A stretch of 41,802 bases of DNA, taken from the NCBI GenBank assembly GCA_046597055.1, contig JBKJLC010000007.1, forward strand, positions 1 through 41,802, written 5' to 3'. This DNA is from Kofleriaceae bacterium (lineage in GTDB: Bacteria > Myxococcota_A > Polyangia > Haliangiales > Haliangiaceae). Below are positions 12,487 through 22,481 of this stretch, piece after piece (positions within the stretch are counted from its first letter, which is position 1; each line of letters starts with the position of its first letter). The position numbers and the translations under genes are program-made. Below the pieces are notes generated by a model. The model worked only from the letters and a program-made list of their open reading frames with translations. It searched no databases and had not been told where the DNA came from.

Positions 12487-12510
12487 GGCACCGGCGAGTC
12501 GACCGGTGCC
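12487..12510. terminator. GC-rich hairpin between convergent genes
   Basis: GGCACCGG-N8-CCGGTGCC, with no U-tract. Confidence 0.3.
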
Positions 12511-12527
12511 CCGCGCACCGGCCTCGA

Positions 12528-15344
12528 TCAGCGTGCGCCGGTCACGCCGCGCCGCCATGTCTCGACCGCGGCTCGATCGTGAGCGAACCGTGGACCTGTC
12601 CACTCGGCGGCCGCCTGATCGGCGAGCGCGAGCGCCGGGACGCGGTTGCCGTGGGCCCAGTGCGCGCGCGCCAGGGCGAAGCGAACCTCGGCGAGCTCGC
12701 CCGGGCCGGGCTCGTTATCGGCGACCGAGGCGACCGTGGGCTCGAGGAGCGCGACCGCCTCCGCGGTGCGGCCGAGCGCCACCAGCGCGTCGCCCCGGCA
12801 GTGCCACACCGCGTTGCGGCCGGAGGCGCCGAGCCGCTCGGTCATCGGCGCCTCCGCCGCGGTGCAGTGCGCGAGCGCCTCGCGCGGCTGGCGCAGGAGG
12901 TTGAGCGTCTCGCCCAGGTAGAGCCGCGCGATCGCGGCGTCCTTGTGATCGCCGATCGCGGTGGCGCGCTCCAGCGCGCGCCGGAGGTACGGCAGCGCCT
13001 CGTCGGGGGCCCCGGCGTCGGCCAGCGCGCCCCCGGCCTGGTTCTGGCCGTTGATCCAGTTCTCCGGATCGGTGGTCTCGAGCGGCGCGAGCGCGCGGAG
13101 CATGGCCGCGGCGGCCTGGCGCGTGCCGGCGAGGTCGCGGCGTGCGGCGGCGACCCGGGCCAGCTCCTTGTAGGTGTCGGCGAGGTGCACGCTGCCGGCG
13201 CCGTGGGCCGCGATCAGGAGGTCGAGCGAGCGGCGCAGCGCGGCCTCGGCCTCCTCCAGCCGACCCTGCCCCCGGTACGCGCGGGACAGGGACGCGAGCG
13301 GGTTGGCGAGCTTCGGGTGGCGAGCGCCGAGCGCGCGCTCCCACAGCGCCAGCGCTTCGCGGCCGACCACGATCGTCTCGTCGCGGCGGTGGAGCATCGC
13401 GAGGACCCGGGCGTGCTGGTCGAGCGCGACGCCGCGCTGCCAGAACCGATCCGGTGGGACCTCGGCGACCGTGGCCCGCGCCACCCGCTCGGCTTCTTCG
13501 AGCCGGCCGGTGTTCATGTGGAACAGCACGACGTAGTTGCGGTGGTCGGCCCACTCGGCGACCGGCCGGCCGGCCCGCTCGAGCGCCATCTCGTTGGCGC
13601 GCAGGAGCTGCTCGGCCTCGGCCTTGCGGGCGGCGGTGCTGCTGACCACCATGAACAGCCCGAGCCAGGCGCGCTCCTCGCGGCGCAGATCACGGGCGAC
13701 CGCGGCGAACCGCAAGGCCTCGCCCATCGCGGCCTCGGCGTCGGCCGCCTTGCCGGCCCGGTAGGCGAACCAGCCGCGGACGAACGCCAGCTCGCTCTGC
13801 AGCGGCGGATGGCGCAGGTCGCCCGCCTGCGCGACCACCGCGGCGAGCTGGGTCTGCGCGACCGCCGCGCGACCGAGCCGATACTGCGTCATCACCTCGG
13901 TCAGCGCCCGTTGGGTCTGCTCGACGTGGGCGCGGTCCTCGGGATCCGCCGGCATCGGCGCCGACAGCTGCACCTGCTCCGCGTGCGCGCAGTCGTCGAC
14001 GCGAGCCAGTCGATAGGCGACCGACGCCGCCTGATCGACGGTGGTGGGCTCGAGCGGCGAGGCCAGCGCGCCGGCCAGCGCCGCCAGCTCGTCGCGCCGG
14101 CGATCGAGACACTGCACCCGCAGGTCCAGCAGCGCCTCCGACTGGGTCCGGGCCACGTGGGTGTCGCGGCAGGCCTGGACCCGCGCGGCCGACCACAGGT
14201 CGGCATACCGGTCGAGCAGCGCGCCGACCTGCGGGCCGGTCTCGCTCGCGTGGGCCCGGTCGCTGGCGGCGAACGCGCGCGCGACGTCGGCGCGCTTCGT
14301 GGCATCCCAGGCGCCCCCGAGCTGCGACGCGCTGGCCGCACACGCGGCCTCGGCGACCTGGCGTGGATCGGGACCCCGACTACCGACCCAGAAGGCGGTG
14401 CCCGCGGCGACGATCGTCACCGCACCGACCGCGGCGATCAGGCGCCGGCGGTGCCGACGGCGGTGTCCGCGTTCGATCGCGCTCAGCAGCGCCAGCATCG
14501 ACGGATGACGGTCGGCCGGTTCCGCCGTGAGCCCGCGATCGACGATCGATCGGAGCCACGGCGGGATCTTCCCGGTCACGGCACCGGGCTCGTGGCCGAC
14601 CAGCGCCTCGTGGAGTGACAGACAGAATGCGTACTGATCGGTCCGGTGGGTCGCGCGCAGCCCCGCGCGCTGCTCGGGCGCCATGTAGCGCGGGGTCCCC
14701 ATGACGGCACCGGTCCGCGTCAGCTGGGCGGCGAGCGCGCCGCTGCCGCCAGGCGTGAGCGCCGGTCCCGCCGCGGCGCCGTGAGGATCGGAGTCGACCG
14801 TCGTGCGCGACCCGTCCGTGCTCGCCAGCGCCCGGGCCACGCCCGGCTGCGCGGCCGGGTCGGAGGGGCCCAGGTCGCGGCAGGCCAGGCCGAAGTCGCC
14901 GACCCGCACGCGGCCGGCGCGGTCGACGAACACGTTCGACGGCTTGAAGTCGCGATGGACCATGCCGCGCTCGTGCACCGCCGCCAGCCCGCGGCCGGCC
15001 TGGACGAACAGCGCGAGCACCTCTGACCAGGTGTGAGGCCGCTCGGCGAGCACGCGGTCGAGGGTGACCCCGTCCACCAGCTCCATCGCGATGAACACCT
15101 CGCCGCCCGCGGTGCCCAGCTCGTGGACCGTCACCACGTTGGGGTGCGACAGCGTGGCCAGCGCCTGCGCCTCGCGCAGCAGGCGGACCGTGTCACCCTG
15201 CTCGTCACGCAGCAGCTTCAGCGCGATCGAGCGGCCGAGCTCGGGATCGCGGGCCTCGACCACCGTGCCCATCCCGCCCTCGCCCAGCGCGCGGGTGACC
15301 ACGAACCGGCCGATCCGCGCGCCCGGGGACAGGTCGATCGTCAT
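12528..15344 (-). CDS. Hanks-type Ser/Thr protein kinase with a TM segment and C-terminal TPR repeats
   Basis: LGEGGMG, IALK, HRDFKPSN, DFGLA and GTPRYMAPEQ motifs; a hydrophobic segment after RRHRRR; LGARHP-type TPRs. Confidence 0.95.
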   Translation of the reverse strand: MTIDLSPGARIGRFVVTRALGEGGMGTVVEARDPELGRSIALKLLRDEQGDTVRLLREAQALATLSHPNVVTVHELGTAGGEVFIAMELVDGVTLDRVLAERPHTWSEVLALFVQAGRGLAAVHERGMVHRDFKPSNVFVDRAGRVRVGDFGLACRDLGPSDPAAQPGVARALASTDGSRTTVDSDPHGAAAGPALTPGGSGALAAQLTRTGAVMGTPRYMAPEQRAGLRATHRTDQYAFCLSLHEALVGHEPGAVTGKIPPWLRSIVDRGLTAEPADRHPSMLALLSAIERGHRRRHRRRLIAAVGAVTIVAAGTAFWVGSRGPDPRQVAEAACAASASQLGGAWDATKRADVARAFAASDRAHASETGPQVGALLDRYADLWSAARVQACRDTHVARTQSEALLDLRVQCLDRRRDELAALAGALASPLEPTTVDQAASVAYRLARVDDCAHAEQVQLSAPMPADPEDRAHVEQTQRALTEVMTQYRLGRAAVAQTQLAAVVAQAGDLRHPPLQSELAFVRGWFAYRAGKAADAEAAMGEALRFAAVARDLRREERAWLGLFMVVSSTAARKAEAEQLLRANEMALERAGRPVAEWADHRNYVVLFHMNTGRLEEAERVARATVAEVPPDRFWQRGVALDQHARVLAMLHRRDETIVVGREALALWERALGARHPKLANPLASLSRAYRGQGRLEEAEAALRRSLDLLIAAHGAGSVHLADTYKELARVAAARRDLAGTRQAAAAMLRALAPLETTDPENWINGQNQAGGALADAGAPDEALPYLRRALERATAIGDHKDAAIARLYLGETLNLLRQPREALAHCTAAEAPMTERLGASGRNAVWHCRGDALVALGRTAEAVALLEPTVASVADNEPGPGELAEVRFALARAHWAHGNRVPALALADQAAAEWTGPRFAHDRAAVETWRRGVTGAR

Positions 15345-15426
15345 CGCGGTCCGGATTTTACCAGCCCGGTCGCGCGGCCTCGCGCGCAGGGGGTGGCAGG
15401 TCCGGGCAACCGGCAGGGCGCAGCGG

Positions 15427-15978
15427 TCAGGGAACGCCGACTGCGGCGCGCCAGCGGTCGGCGCTCGCGGCCGGACCGACGGCGACGCAGGTCCAGGGGC
15501 CCTGGTGCCACGCCTCGACCGCGTCGGTGCCGTCGACGCGATGTACCCGCCGGCGCAGCAGATCGCGCGAGCGCTGGACCAGATAGGTCACCTCGTCGGT
15601 GCCGACCCGGTAGCGGACCAGCGCGCCGCGCCGGTTCAGGATGGTGAGGGTACGCGCGCCGAGCGGGGTGGCGACCGCGTCGTTGTCGGGCAGGGGCGGG
15701 CTCTGACCGACCGCCCCGATCGCCCACATGCGCAGCGCGGTCGGGTCGGGCGTGGCGATCTCCCAGTCGCCCGGGCGCCGGTGGGCCTCGACGGTGTCGG
15801 TGAGGATCTGGTTGTGGCGGGCCGGGAACACCTTGAAGATCGCGATCACGGTGCCGGCCAGCACCGCCAGCGTGAACACCAGCGACACCGCCGCGCGCCG
15901 CTTCTCGGGGCGCGACGAGGTGACCCGGATCGGCGGCTGCTCCTCGTGGTCGGGCGCGTCGGTGTCGACCAGCTTCAT
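15427..15978 (-). CDS. Single-TM hypothetical protein resembling the C-terminal domain of transmembrane anti-sigma factors
   Basis: ATGA overlap with the upstream gene; TM AAVSLVFTLAVLAGTVIAIF; pattern VEAH..D..LRMW..P.LP..LGAR..RGALVRY..VTYLV. Confidence 0.7.
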   Translation of the reverse strand: MKLVDTDAPDHEEQPPIRVTSSRPEKRRAAVSLVFTLAVLAGTVIAIFKVFPARHNQILTDTVEAHRRPGDWEIATPDPTALRMWAIGAVGQSPPLPDNDAVATPLGARTLTILNRRGALVRYRVGTDEVTYLVQRSRDLLRRRVHRVDGTDAVEAWHQGPWTCVAVGPAASADRWRAAVGVP

Positions 15979-16292
15979 GACGGTACCGTCGGCGTGCGGC
16001 CGAACCGGTTGGTGAAGTCGCGGACCAGCTTGTCGGCGATCGCGTCGGGGGTGGCGGCGTCGGCGGCGGACATCTCGATCGTGTGGCGGCACAGCCAGCC
16101 CCGGCCCGCGTGCTCGCGGGCGAACCCGGCGGCGGCGGCGCGGAGGTCGGGCGCGGCCTGGTAGTGCAGCATCGCGCTCTTGCCGCGCGGGTAGTCGAGC
16201 AGCCCGTCGGCGACCCGGATCTGGAACACGCCGGGCCCGGCCGGCGCGTGCAGCGCGACCTCGGCGAGCGGGTACCACCGACCAAACTTCAC
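15975..16292 (-). CDS. Small (105 aa) hypothetical protein with a degenerate GIY-YIG-like signature
   Basis: GTG start; [11 protein letters not shown]...[11 protein letters not shown]...DLRA...F.NRFGRTP. The fold assignment is an inference. Confidence 0.65.
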   Translation of the reverse strand: MKFGRWYPLAEVALHAPAGPGVFQIRVADGLLDYPRGKSAMLHYQAAPDLRAAAAGFAREHAGRGWLCRHTIEMSAADAATPDAIADKLVRDFTNRFGRTPTVPS

Positions 16293-16333
16293 GGGCTCAC
16301 TGTAGCAGCAACCCGGTGATAGCCTGCTCGCCG

Positions 16334-17254
16334 ATGGACGATCGAGTGCTCGCGTTCGGCGCCACGGCACCACCCGATCTGGTCGCGTGCGGCGACAGCG
16401 CGGCGATCGCGGCGGGCTGGCCGACCGCCAGCCTCGACCTCATCTACCTCGATCCGCCGTTCGGGACCGGCCGGGTCCAGCGCGGACGCCGGGGCGCGTA
16501 CGTCGATGGCGGCGACGATCCCGAGGCCCACGTGGCGTGGCTCGCGCCGTGGTTGGAGGCGAGCCGCGCGGCGCTCACCGAGGCCGGCTCGCTGTTCGTC
16601 CACCTCGACTGGCGCGCGGTCCACTACGTGAAGGTGGTACTCGACCGGCTGTTCGGACGCGCCTGCTTCGCCGGCGAGATCGTCTGGTGCTACGCGGTCG
16701 GCGGCAAGAGCCCGCGCGGCTTCGGACGCAAGCACGACACCATCCTCTGGTACGGCCGCGGCGCCGACTGGGCCTTCTACCCCGAGCAGGTGAAGGTCGC
16801 GCGCCGCGGCGGCTCGCACATGAAGGTGGTCATCGACGCCGAGGGCCGGCGGGTGCAGGAGAAGACCCACCGCAAAACCGGCAAGGTCTACCGGTACCCG
16901 GTCGACGACGGCAAGGTGCCCGAGGACTGGTGGACCGACATCGAGACGTTGAACCACTCCGCCGGCGAGCGGGTCGGATGGCCGTCGCAGAAGCCGGAGC
17001 GGCTGCTGGCGCGGATCGTCCAGGCGGTGACCCGGCCCGGCGATGCCGTCGCGGACTGGTTCGTCGGCTCGGGCACCACCGCGGTGGTCGCACAGCGCCT
17101 GGGTCGCCGGTTCGTGGTCGCCGACGCGTCGCCCGATGCGATCGAGATCACCGCGAGCCGGCTCGAGCGTCAGGGCACCGCGCTGGCGGCGGCCGGTCAG
17201 GCCCCCCCGCCGGTCGTCATCCGCGGAACCGCGGCCGTCGCGCAGCAGGCGTGA
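16334..17254 (+). CDS. Site-specific DNA amino-methyltransferase (N6-A/N4-C, beta-type motif order), apparently orphan
   Basis: [10 protein letters not shown] (motif IV) precedes PSQKPERLL and DWFVGSGTT (motif I); also [14 protein letters not shown] and KHDTILWY. Confidence 0.93.
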   Translation: MDDRVLAFGATAPPDLVACGDSAAIAAGWPTASLDLIYLDPPFGTGRVQRGRRGAYVDGGDDPEAHVAWLAPWLEASRAALTEAGSLFVHLDWRAVHYVKVVLDRLFGRACFAGEIVWCYAVGGKSPRGFGRKHDTILWYGRGADWAFYPEQVKVARRGGSHMKVVIDAEGRRVQEKTHRKTGKVYRYPVDDGKVPEDWWTDIETLNHSAGERVGWPSQKPERLLARIVQAVTRPGDAVADWFVGSGTTAVVAQRLGRRFVVADASPDAIEITASRLERQGTALAAAGQAPPPVVIRGTAAVAQQA

Positions 17255-17266
17255 CGGCGCGCCTCG

Positions 17267-18862
17267 CTACAGCTGGACGCCGTCGAGCTCCTCGGGCACC
17301 GGCTCGTCCTCGGCGCCGGCGTCGACCGGCGCGGCCGCCGGTGCGCCGGCATCTCCGCCCGGCGGCGAGCCACCGTCGCTGCCCGGGGCGGTCTCGCCCT
17401 CGGCCTCGAAGTAGTACTCGTCGCCCATCTCGTTGAGCTGCTTGGCCTCCCCGGCGGCCTGCTCGATCGACTGCTTGCTGGCCTCGCCCAGCTCCTGGCC
17501 CGCCCCGGTGGTGCCGGCGTGCTGCGGCTTGCCGTCCCACGGAAACGACTCGTAGAAGGGCACGCCGCGCTGGACGTTGACCAGGCCCTTCGAGCAGGTC
17601 GGCACGAAGATGAAGAACATCAGGGCGGCGGAGGTCAGGGCCAGGCCGGGCAAGATCGCCCGCGAGACCTGGCCGAATGGTTTCTTGAACAGGGCGGCGG
17701 CGACGAACAGGTTGGTCGCGACCGGCGGCATCAGGTAGCCGATCTCCATGTTCACGACGAACACGACGCCGAAGTGGATCGGATCGATGCCGTACTGGTT
17801 CACCGCGATCGGCGCCAGGATCGGCGCGAACACCAGCGTCGCCGACACCGAGTCCATCAGCGCCCCGACCAGGATCAGGAACACGTTGACCAGCAGCATG
17901 AAGCCGATCGGACCGATCTCGTTGGCGGTCAGGAACGAGGTCAGCTTCTCCTCGACGCCGACCAGCGGCACCAGCTTGTTGATGCCGAACGTGAACGCGA
18001 TGATCAGGATCAGCATGCCCATCAGGCGGCCGGCGTTGGCGAGCGCGTCGATCACCCGGCGGAGGTCGAGCTCGCGATGGATCACGGTGGTGACCACCAG
18101 CGCGTAGACGAACGCGACCGCGCCCGCCTTGAACGGCGGGAACTCGCCGGTGTAGATGCCGACCACCACCAGGACCGGCAGGCCCATCGCCCAGATGCCC
18201 TCGCGGGCGGCGGTGGCCAGGCGCGGCGCGCTGAACTGCTCGCGCTGGCCGTGCTTGAGCCCGACCATCACCGAGTACAAGCTGAGGATGCCAGCGACGC
18301 CGACCGCGGGCAGGAACGACGCGACGAACATGTCCTGGCTCTCGACCCCGCCCGAGCTCATCGACACCGCGAGCGCGTAGATCATGAGGATCAGCGACGG
18401 CATCACCAGACAGCCGAGCGAGCCGGCGGTCATGACCAGCCCCAGCGAGAAGTTCTCGGGATAGCCGCTCTTCACCATCGCCGGGAACATGATCGAGCCG
18501 ACCGCGATCAGCGTGACCGGTGACGAGCCGGTGATCGCGGCGAACACCATGCACGCGAACACCGACGTGATGCCGAGCCCGCCCGGCAGCCAGCCCAGCC
18601 CGGCCCGCGCGAAGTCGACGAGCCGGCGCGCCATGCCGCCCTCGGTCATGATCGCGCCGGACGCGATGAACAGCGGGACCGCGAGGAACTGGTCCTTGCC
18701 CATCAGGGTCTCGAACGGGTTGATGAGCTTGGCGCCGAGGTCGTCGAAGTGATGGATCTCGTTCGTGAACTCGAGGAAGGCCGCGCCGGTCGCGCCGCCG
18801 ACGATCACGAACAGGGGCGCGCCGATCAGGGCGAGCGCGAGGATGATGAAGACGACGATCAC
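17267..18862 (-). CDS. dctM: TRAP transporter large permease DctM with an acidic C-terminal tail
   Basis: LAVPLFIASGAIMTEGG, LPGGLG, FAAITGSS, AGSLG, GIDPIHFG and EIGYLMPPV motifs. The GTG start overlaps the dctQ stop. Confidence 0.93.
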   Translation of the reverse strand: MIVVFIILALALIGAPLFVIVGGATGAAFLEFTNEIHHFDDLGAKLINPFETLMGKDQFLAVPLFIASGAIMTEGGMARRLVDFARAGLGWLPGGLGITSVFACMVFAAITGSSPVTLIAVGSIMFPAMVKSGYPENFSLGLVMTAGSLGCLVMPSLILMIYALAVSMSSGGVESQDMFVASFLPAVGVAGILSLYSVMVGLKHGQREQFSAPRLATAAREGIWAMGLPVLVVVGIYTGEFPPFKAGAVAFVYALVVTTVIHRELDLRRVIDALANAGRLMGMLILIIAFTFGINKLVPLVGVEEKLTSFLTANEIGPIGFMLLVNVFLILVGALMDSVSATLVFAPILAPIAVNQYGIDPIHFGVVFVVNMEIGYLMPPVATNLFVAAALFKKPFGQVSRAILPGLALTSAALMFFIFVPTCSKGLVNVQRGVPFYESFPWDGKPQHAGTTGAGQELGEASKQSIEQAAGEAKQLNEMGDEYYFEAEGETAPGSDGGSPPGGDAGAPAAAPVDAGAEDEPVPEELDGVQL

Positions 18863-19590
18863 GACGGCAAGGTCTCCTCGACCGGCGCGGCGCGCCCGGT
18901 CCCCTGGGTCACCGACTGGGCGAGGAAGCGGACCGCCATCGCCGCGAACGCGTACGGCGCGATCAGGAACGCCTGCCACAGCCCCAGCCACTCGGCGTCG
19001 TCGATGGTGATGCCGCGCGCGCGCTGATCGATCACCAGGCGGATCGAGAGGATCGCCGCCGCGATGCAGAACGCGGCGGTGACCCCGTGGGCGAACGCCT
19101 TGACGTAGGGCAGGAGCCGGGTCGGCCACACCTTCTCGCCCATCTCGAGCGACAGGTGGGAGCGCTGGTAGGTCGCCATCGACGCGCCGAGCAGCGCGAC
19201 CCAGATCATCATCACCAGGGCCAGCTTCTGGACCATGATCGAGTGACCCTCGAACAGCCACGACACCGCGAGCACGAGGCCGATGGTCACCACCGCGACC
19301 CCCGCCGCGAGGGCCAGCCCGCGGCCCAGCGAGGGTCGGGCCTGGCCAGCATCGACCCGGCGGGTGAGCACGCCGAGCCACGACAGCCCGGCGATCACCG
19401 CGACGCTCTTCGCGGTCAGGCCGCTGCCGAACGACTCCTGGAGCATCGAGCCGAACACCACGAGCGCCATCAGCAGGAACATCCCGCCGCACAACAGGCG
19501 CTCGCCTTGATACCAGAGCTCGTCGAGGCGACGGATCGCCGGGTAGGTGGGAGTCCACGTCGCCGACGCCGCCGGCTCGGGTGCGCTCAT
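18859..19590 (-). CDS. dctQ: TRAP transporter small permease DctQ with extra TM segments
   Basis: LVMMIWVALLGASMAT...HL motif; lies between dctP and dctM. Start chosen at ATG 19590 (alternative 19599). Confidence 0.85.
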   Translation of the reverse strand: MSAPEPAASATWTPTYPAIRRLDELWYQGERLLCGGMFLLMALVVFGSMLQESFGSGLTAKSVAVIAGLSWLGVLTRRVDAGQARPSLGRGLALAAGVAVVTIGLVLAVSWLFEGHSIMVQKLALVMMIWVALLGASMATYQRSHLSLEMGEKVWPTRLLPYVKAFAHGVTAAFCIAAAILSIRLVIDQRARGITIDDAEWLGLWQAFLIAPYAFAAMAVRFLAQSVTQGTGRAAPVEETLPS

Positions 19591-19706
19591 CACGGGCATC
19601 CTACCGGAACCGGCGCGCCGGTGGCGCCGTGGTCGGCTTCAACCGGCCGCGGCGCGGCGGCTCACGGCCTGGGCCCCCGCCGTCCGGGGGCCGCTGGTCG
19701 CGCGGC

Positions 19707-20756
19707 TCACTTCTTGGGCTTGACCTTGCTCCGGTACTCGACGAGGCCCTTCTCGATGAGCTCGACGACCTCCTTCACCGACGCCGACCGGGCCTTGACC
19801 TTGGCGCGCACGCCGGCGGTGCGAGTCTCGAACGCGGCCCGCTCCGCCTCGGTCAGCGTGTAGACCTGGACCTTGGACTTCTGGACGATCTTGACGAGGG
19901 TCGGGTTCATCTTGCGGATCGCGGCGCGGCCCGGGCGAACCATCTTGCGGCCCTCGTCGATCACGACCTTCTGGAGGTCGGGCGGGAGCTTGTCGAACCA
20001 GGCCTGGTTGAAGACGATCACGGCCGGCTGATAGATGTGAGCCGACAGCGTCATGTGCTTGATCGAGGTGTGCCAGGCGCCAGCCACCATATAAAGGAGG
20101 GCCTGGTCGAAGCCGGAAACCGACCCGGTCTTGAGCGCGGTCGTGACCTCGGTGGTCGGGATCGCGGACGCCGAGGCGCCGAGCGCCTTCCACATCTCGA
20201 TGTGGACGAAGCTCTCCTGCGACCGCATCTTCTTGTTCTTGAGGTCATCCGGAGTCTTCACCGGGAACGCGGCTCCGAAGTGGCGGAAGCCGTTTTCGCT
20301 CCAGAAGCCGAGGACCAGGCCCTTGGCGCGGAACTTCTTCTCCATCGGCGCGAGCAGGTACTTGTCGAGGACGTAGTCAGCCTCGTTGGCGTTCTTGAAC
20401 AGGAACGGGATCTCGATCGCCGCGAGCTCCTCGACCAGCGAGGCGACCGCGCCGGTGGAGGCGCCGCAGCCCTGCAGCTCGCCGCGGGCGGCCATCCGGA
20501 CGGTCTCGTTCTCGTCGCCCATGGTGCCGCCGAGGAACACGCGGACCTTGATCCGCCCGCCCGATGCCGCCTCCACGTTCTTCTTGTAGTCCTTGAGGAG
20601 GTCGGCCCAGGGGGTCTTGTCGGGCGCGACCGTGGCGATCTTGAGCTCGAAGGTCTCCTGGGCGGCGGCCGAACCGGGTTGACCGAGGGCAACGAGGCCG
20701 GCGGCGACGCTGGTCAGGAGCAGCGCGCGACGGGTGAAGGACGGGGGCACGGACAT
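19707..20756 (-). CDS. dctP: TRAP substrate-binding protein DctP (TRRALL leader, possibly Tat-type)
   Basis: LKIATVAPDKTPW, GGTMGDE, WSENGFRH, PDDLKNKKMR and ALGASA motifs. GGAG RBS. Confidence 0.93.
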   Translation of the reverse strand: MSVPPSFTRRALLLTSVAAGLVALGQPGSAAAQETFELKIATVAPDKTPWADLLKDYKKNVEAASGGRIKVRVFLGGTMGDENETVRMAARGELQGCGASTGAVASLVEELAAIEIPFLFKNANEADYVLDKYLLAPMEKKFRAKGLVLGFWSENGFRHFGAAFPVKTPDDLKNKKMRSQESFVHIEMWKALGASASAIPTTEVTTALKTGSVSGFDQALLYMVAGAWHTSIKHMTLSAHIYQPAVIVFNQAWFDKLPPDLQKVVIDEGRKMVRPGRAAIRKMNPTLVKIVQKSKVQVYTLTEAERAAFETRTAGVRAKVKARSASVKEVVELIEKGLVEYRSKVKPKK

Positions 20757-20959
20757 GAGATCTCCAGCGTGAGGGGGCGCGACCGTACCCTAGACGCGGC
20801 AGGGGGTGGCAGATTCACCCAGGCGCTGGGCGCCCCTGGACGATTTCTTGGGGGCCGGAGCGGGGCAGGCGGTCGATGCCCTTGCGGTGGCGCCGGGTTC
20901 GGATGAAAATCACAAGACGTTTCGAGGGTAAAGGCCACTCCGAACATGAGGAACGACGC

Positions 20960-22366
20960 GTGAAGCTTGAGGCGGTGATGGTCACCGACGTTGGGGTCGT
21001 GCGCGACCACAACGAGGACGCGGCACACGTCGACCCTCAGCACCGGTTCTTCATCGTTGCCGACGGCATGGGCGGCCATGCGGCGGGCGAGGTCGCCAGC
21101 GCGATGGCGGTGGAGACGGTGCGCAAGACGCTCGAGGGATCGACCGCGATCATCGATGCGTTCACGGCCCGGCCCACCGACAACGCGCGCCGCGCGCTCG
21201 TCCAGCTGCTGCAGAGTTCGGTGCTCGCCGCCCACCAGGCGGTCTACCAGCGCGGCAGCAAAGAGAGCGACAAGGCAGGCATGGGGACGACGCTCGACGT
21301 CCTCCTGATCGCCGGCCAGGAGGCGTTCGTCGCCCACGTCGGCGACAGCCGCACGTACCTCATTCGCGACGGCAAGGCCGCCCAGCTCACGACCGACCAC
21401 ACCGTCGCCGAGGTGCTGGTGATCGAGGGCAAGCTCACGATCGAGGAGGCGCTGGTCTCGCCGTACCGCACCGTCCTGGTCAACGCGATCGGCGTGGCGG
21501 CGGACGTCGGGGTCGAGATGGCTCACCTCCAGCTCCGCGTCTCCGACAAGCTGCTGCTGTGCTCGGACGGGCTGCACGACTACTTCCTCGCCGAGCAAGA
21601 GCTCGCCGACACGCTGGGGCCGGTCGACGCCAAGCACTGCCACGCGGCGCTCACCGGCGTGGTCGAGACCGCCAAGGATCGCGGCGGCCACGACAACATC
21701 ACCGGCGTCGTGGTCACGGTCGTCGACCTCGCCGAGGCGGTGCCGGCCGTGATCGAGCAAGACCAGACCCTCCCGGTCGATGTCCTGGCCGCGACGTCGT
21801 GGAACGACGACGAGCGCACCGAGAACATCTCGCCGAAGGATCTAGACAAGCTGGGCACCGCGCCGGGGCTGCCGGGCACGATGTCGTCGTTCCCCGGCCT
21901 CATCCGCGATGATGGCGGCCGACCGACCGCGCCGATGGACACGGTCAAGCCGACCCGCAGCGTGTCAGGCACCGCGCCGACCGATCCCAAGATCGTCGTG
22001 CCCGATGCGGCCAAGGAGCTCCGGTCGACCGGCAAGGCCACCGGCAAGAGCCGGACGATCGCCGAAGACCCGACCGAGCCCGCGATCGACGCCTCGTTCG
22101 TCAAGGCCGCGCTCGCCCGCGCGCGCGCCGGCCTCGCCGATTCTGTCGATGGCGACGAGCCCACGTTGCCCTCGACCGATGCCGTCGCGGTGCGTGAGGC
22201 GCTGGCGCGGGGCTCGTCCGACCCGGCCGATCCCGGCGACGACGATGCCACGGTCGACCGCAAGAAGGGCCCGCCCGACGGCGATGGCCCCGACGGCGGG
22301 GGCATCGGCGGGGGCATCGGCTCCGACGCGACCGGCCCGGCGCCGAAGGTCGACAAGGCCGGCTGA
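20960..22366 (+). CDS. PP2C/PPM-family Ser/Thr phosphatase with a long low-complexity acidic C-terminal tail
   Basis: [46 protein letters not shown] and GGHDNIT motifs. GAGGA RBS before GTG 20960. Confidence 0.94.
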   Translation: MKLEAVMVTDVGVVRDHNEDAAHVDPQHRFFIVADGMGGHAAGEVASAMAVETVRKTLEGSTAIIDAFTARPTDNARRALVQLLQSSVLAAHQAVYQRGSKESDKAGMGTTLDVLLIAGQEAFVAHVGDSRTYLIRDGKAAQLTTDHTVAEVLVIEGKLTIEEALVSPYRTVLVNAIGVAADVGVEMAHLQLRVSDKLLLCSDGLHDYFLAEQELADTLGPVDAKHCHAALTGVVETAKDRGGHDNITGVVVTVVDLAEAVPAVIEQDQTLPVDVLAATSWNDDERTENISPKDLDKLGTAPGLPGTMSSFPGLIRDDGGRPTAPMDTVKPTRSVSGTAPTDPKIVVPDAAKELRSTGKATGKSRTIAEDPTEPAIDASFVKAALARARAGLADSVDGDEPTLPSTDAVAVREALARGSSDPADPGDDDATVDRKKGPPDGDGPDGGGIGGGIGSDATGPAPKVDKAG

Positions 22367-22481
22367 CCGACGGGCCCGGTGGGACGCGAGCGGCCCACCA
22401 TGAAGCGCAGCAAGAGCGGCAAGCAGCGCCGCATCGGGGCGCGGCCAGGCGCGATCGGTCGCGGTGGTCAGGGATCGGCGG

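Noticed and set aside
16334..17254. Complete type II/III restriction-modification system
   Set aside because: No recognisable restriction endonuclease or Res helicase is adjacent. The downstream gene is the convergent dctM.
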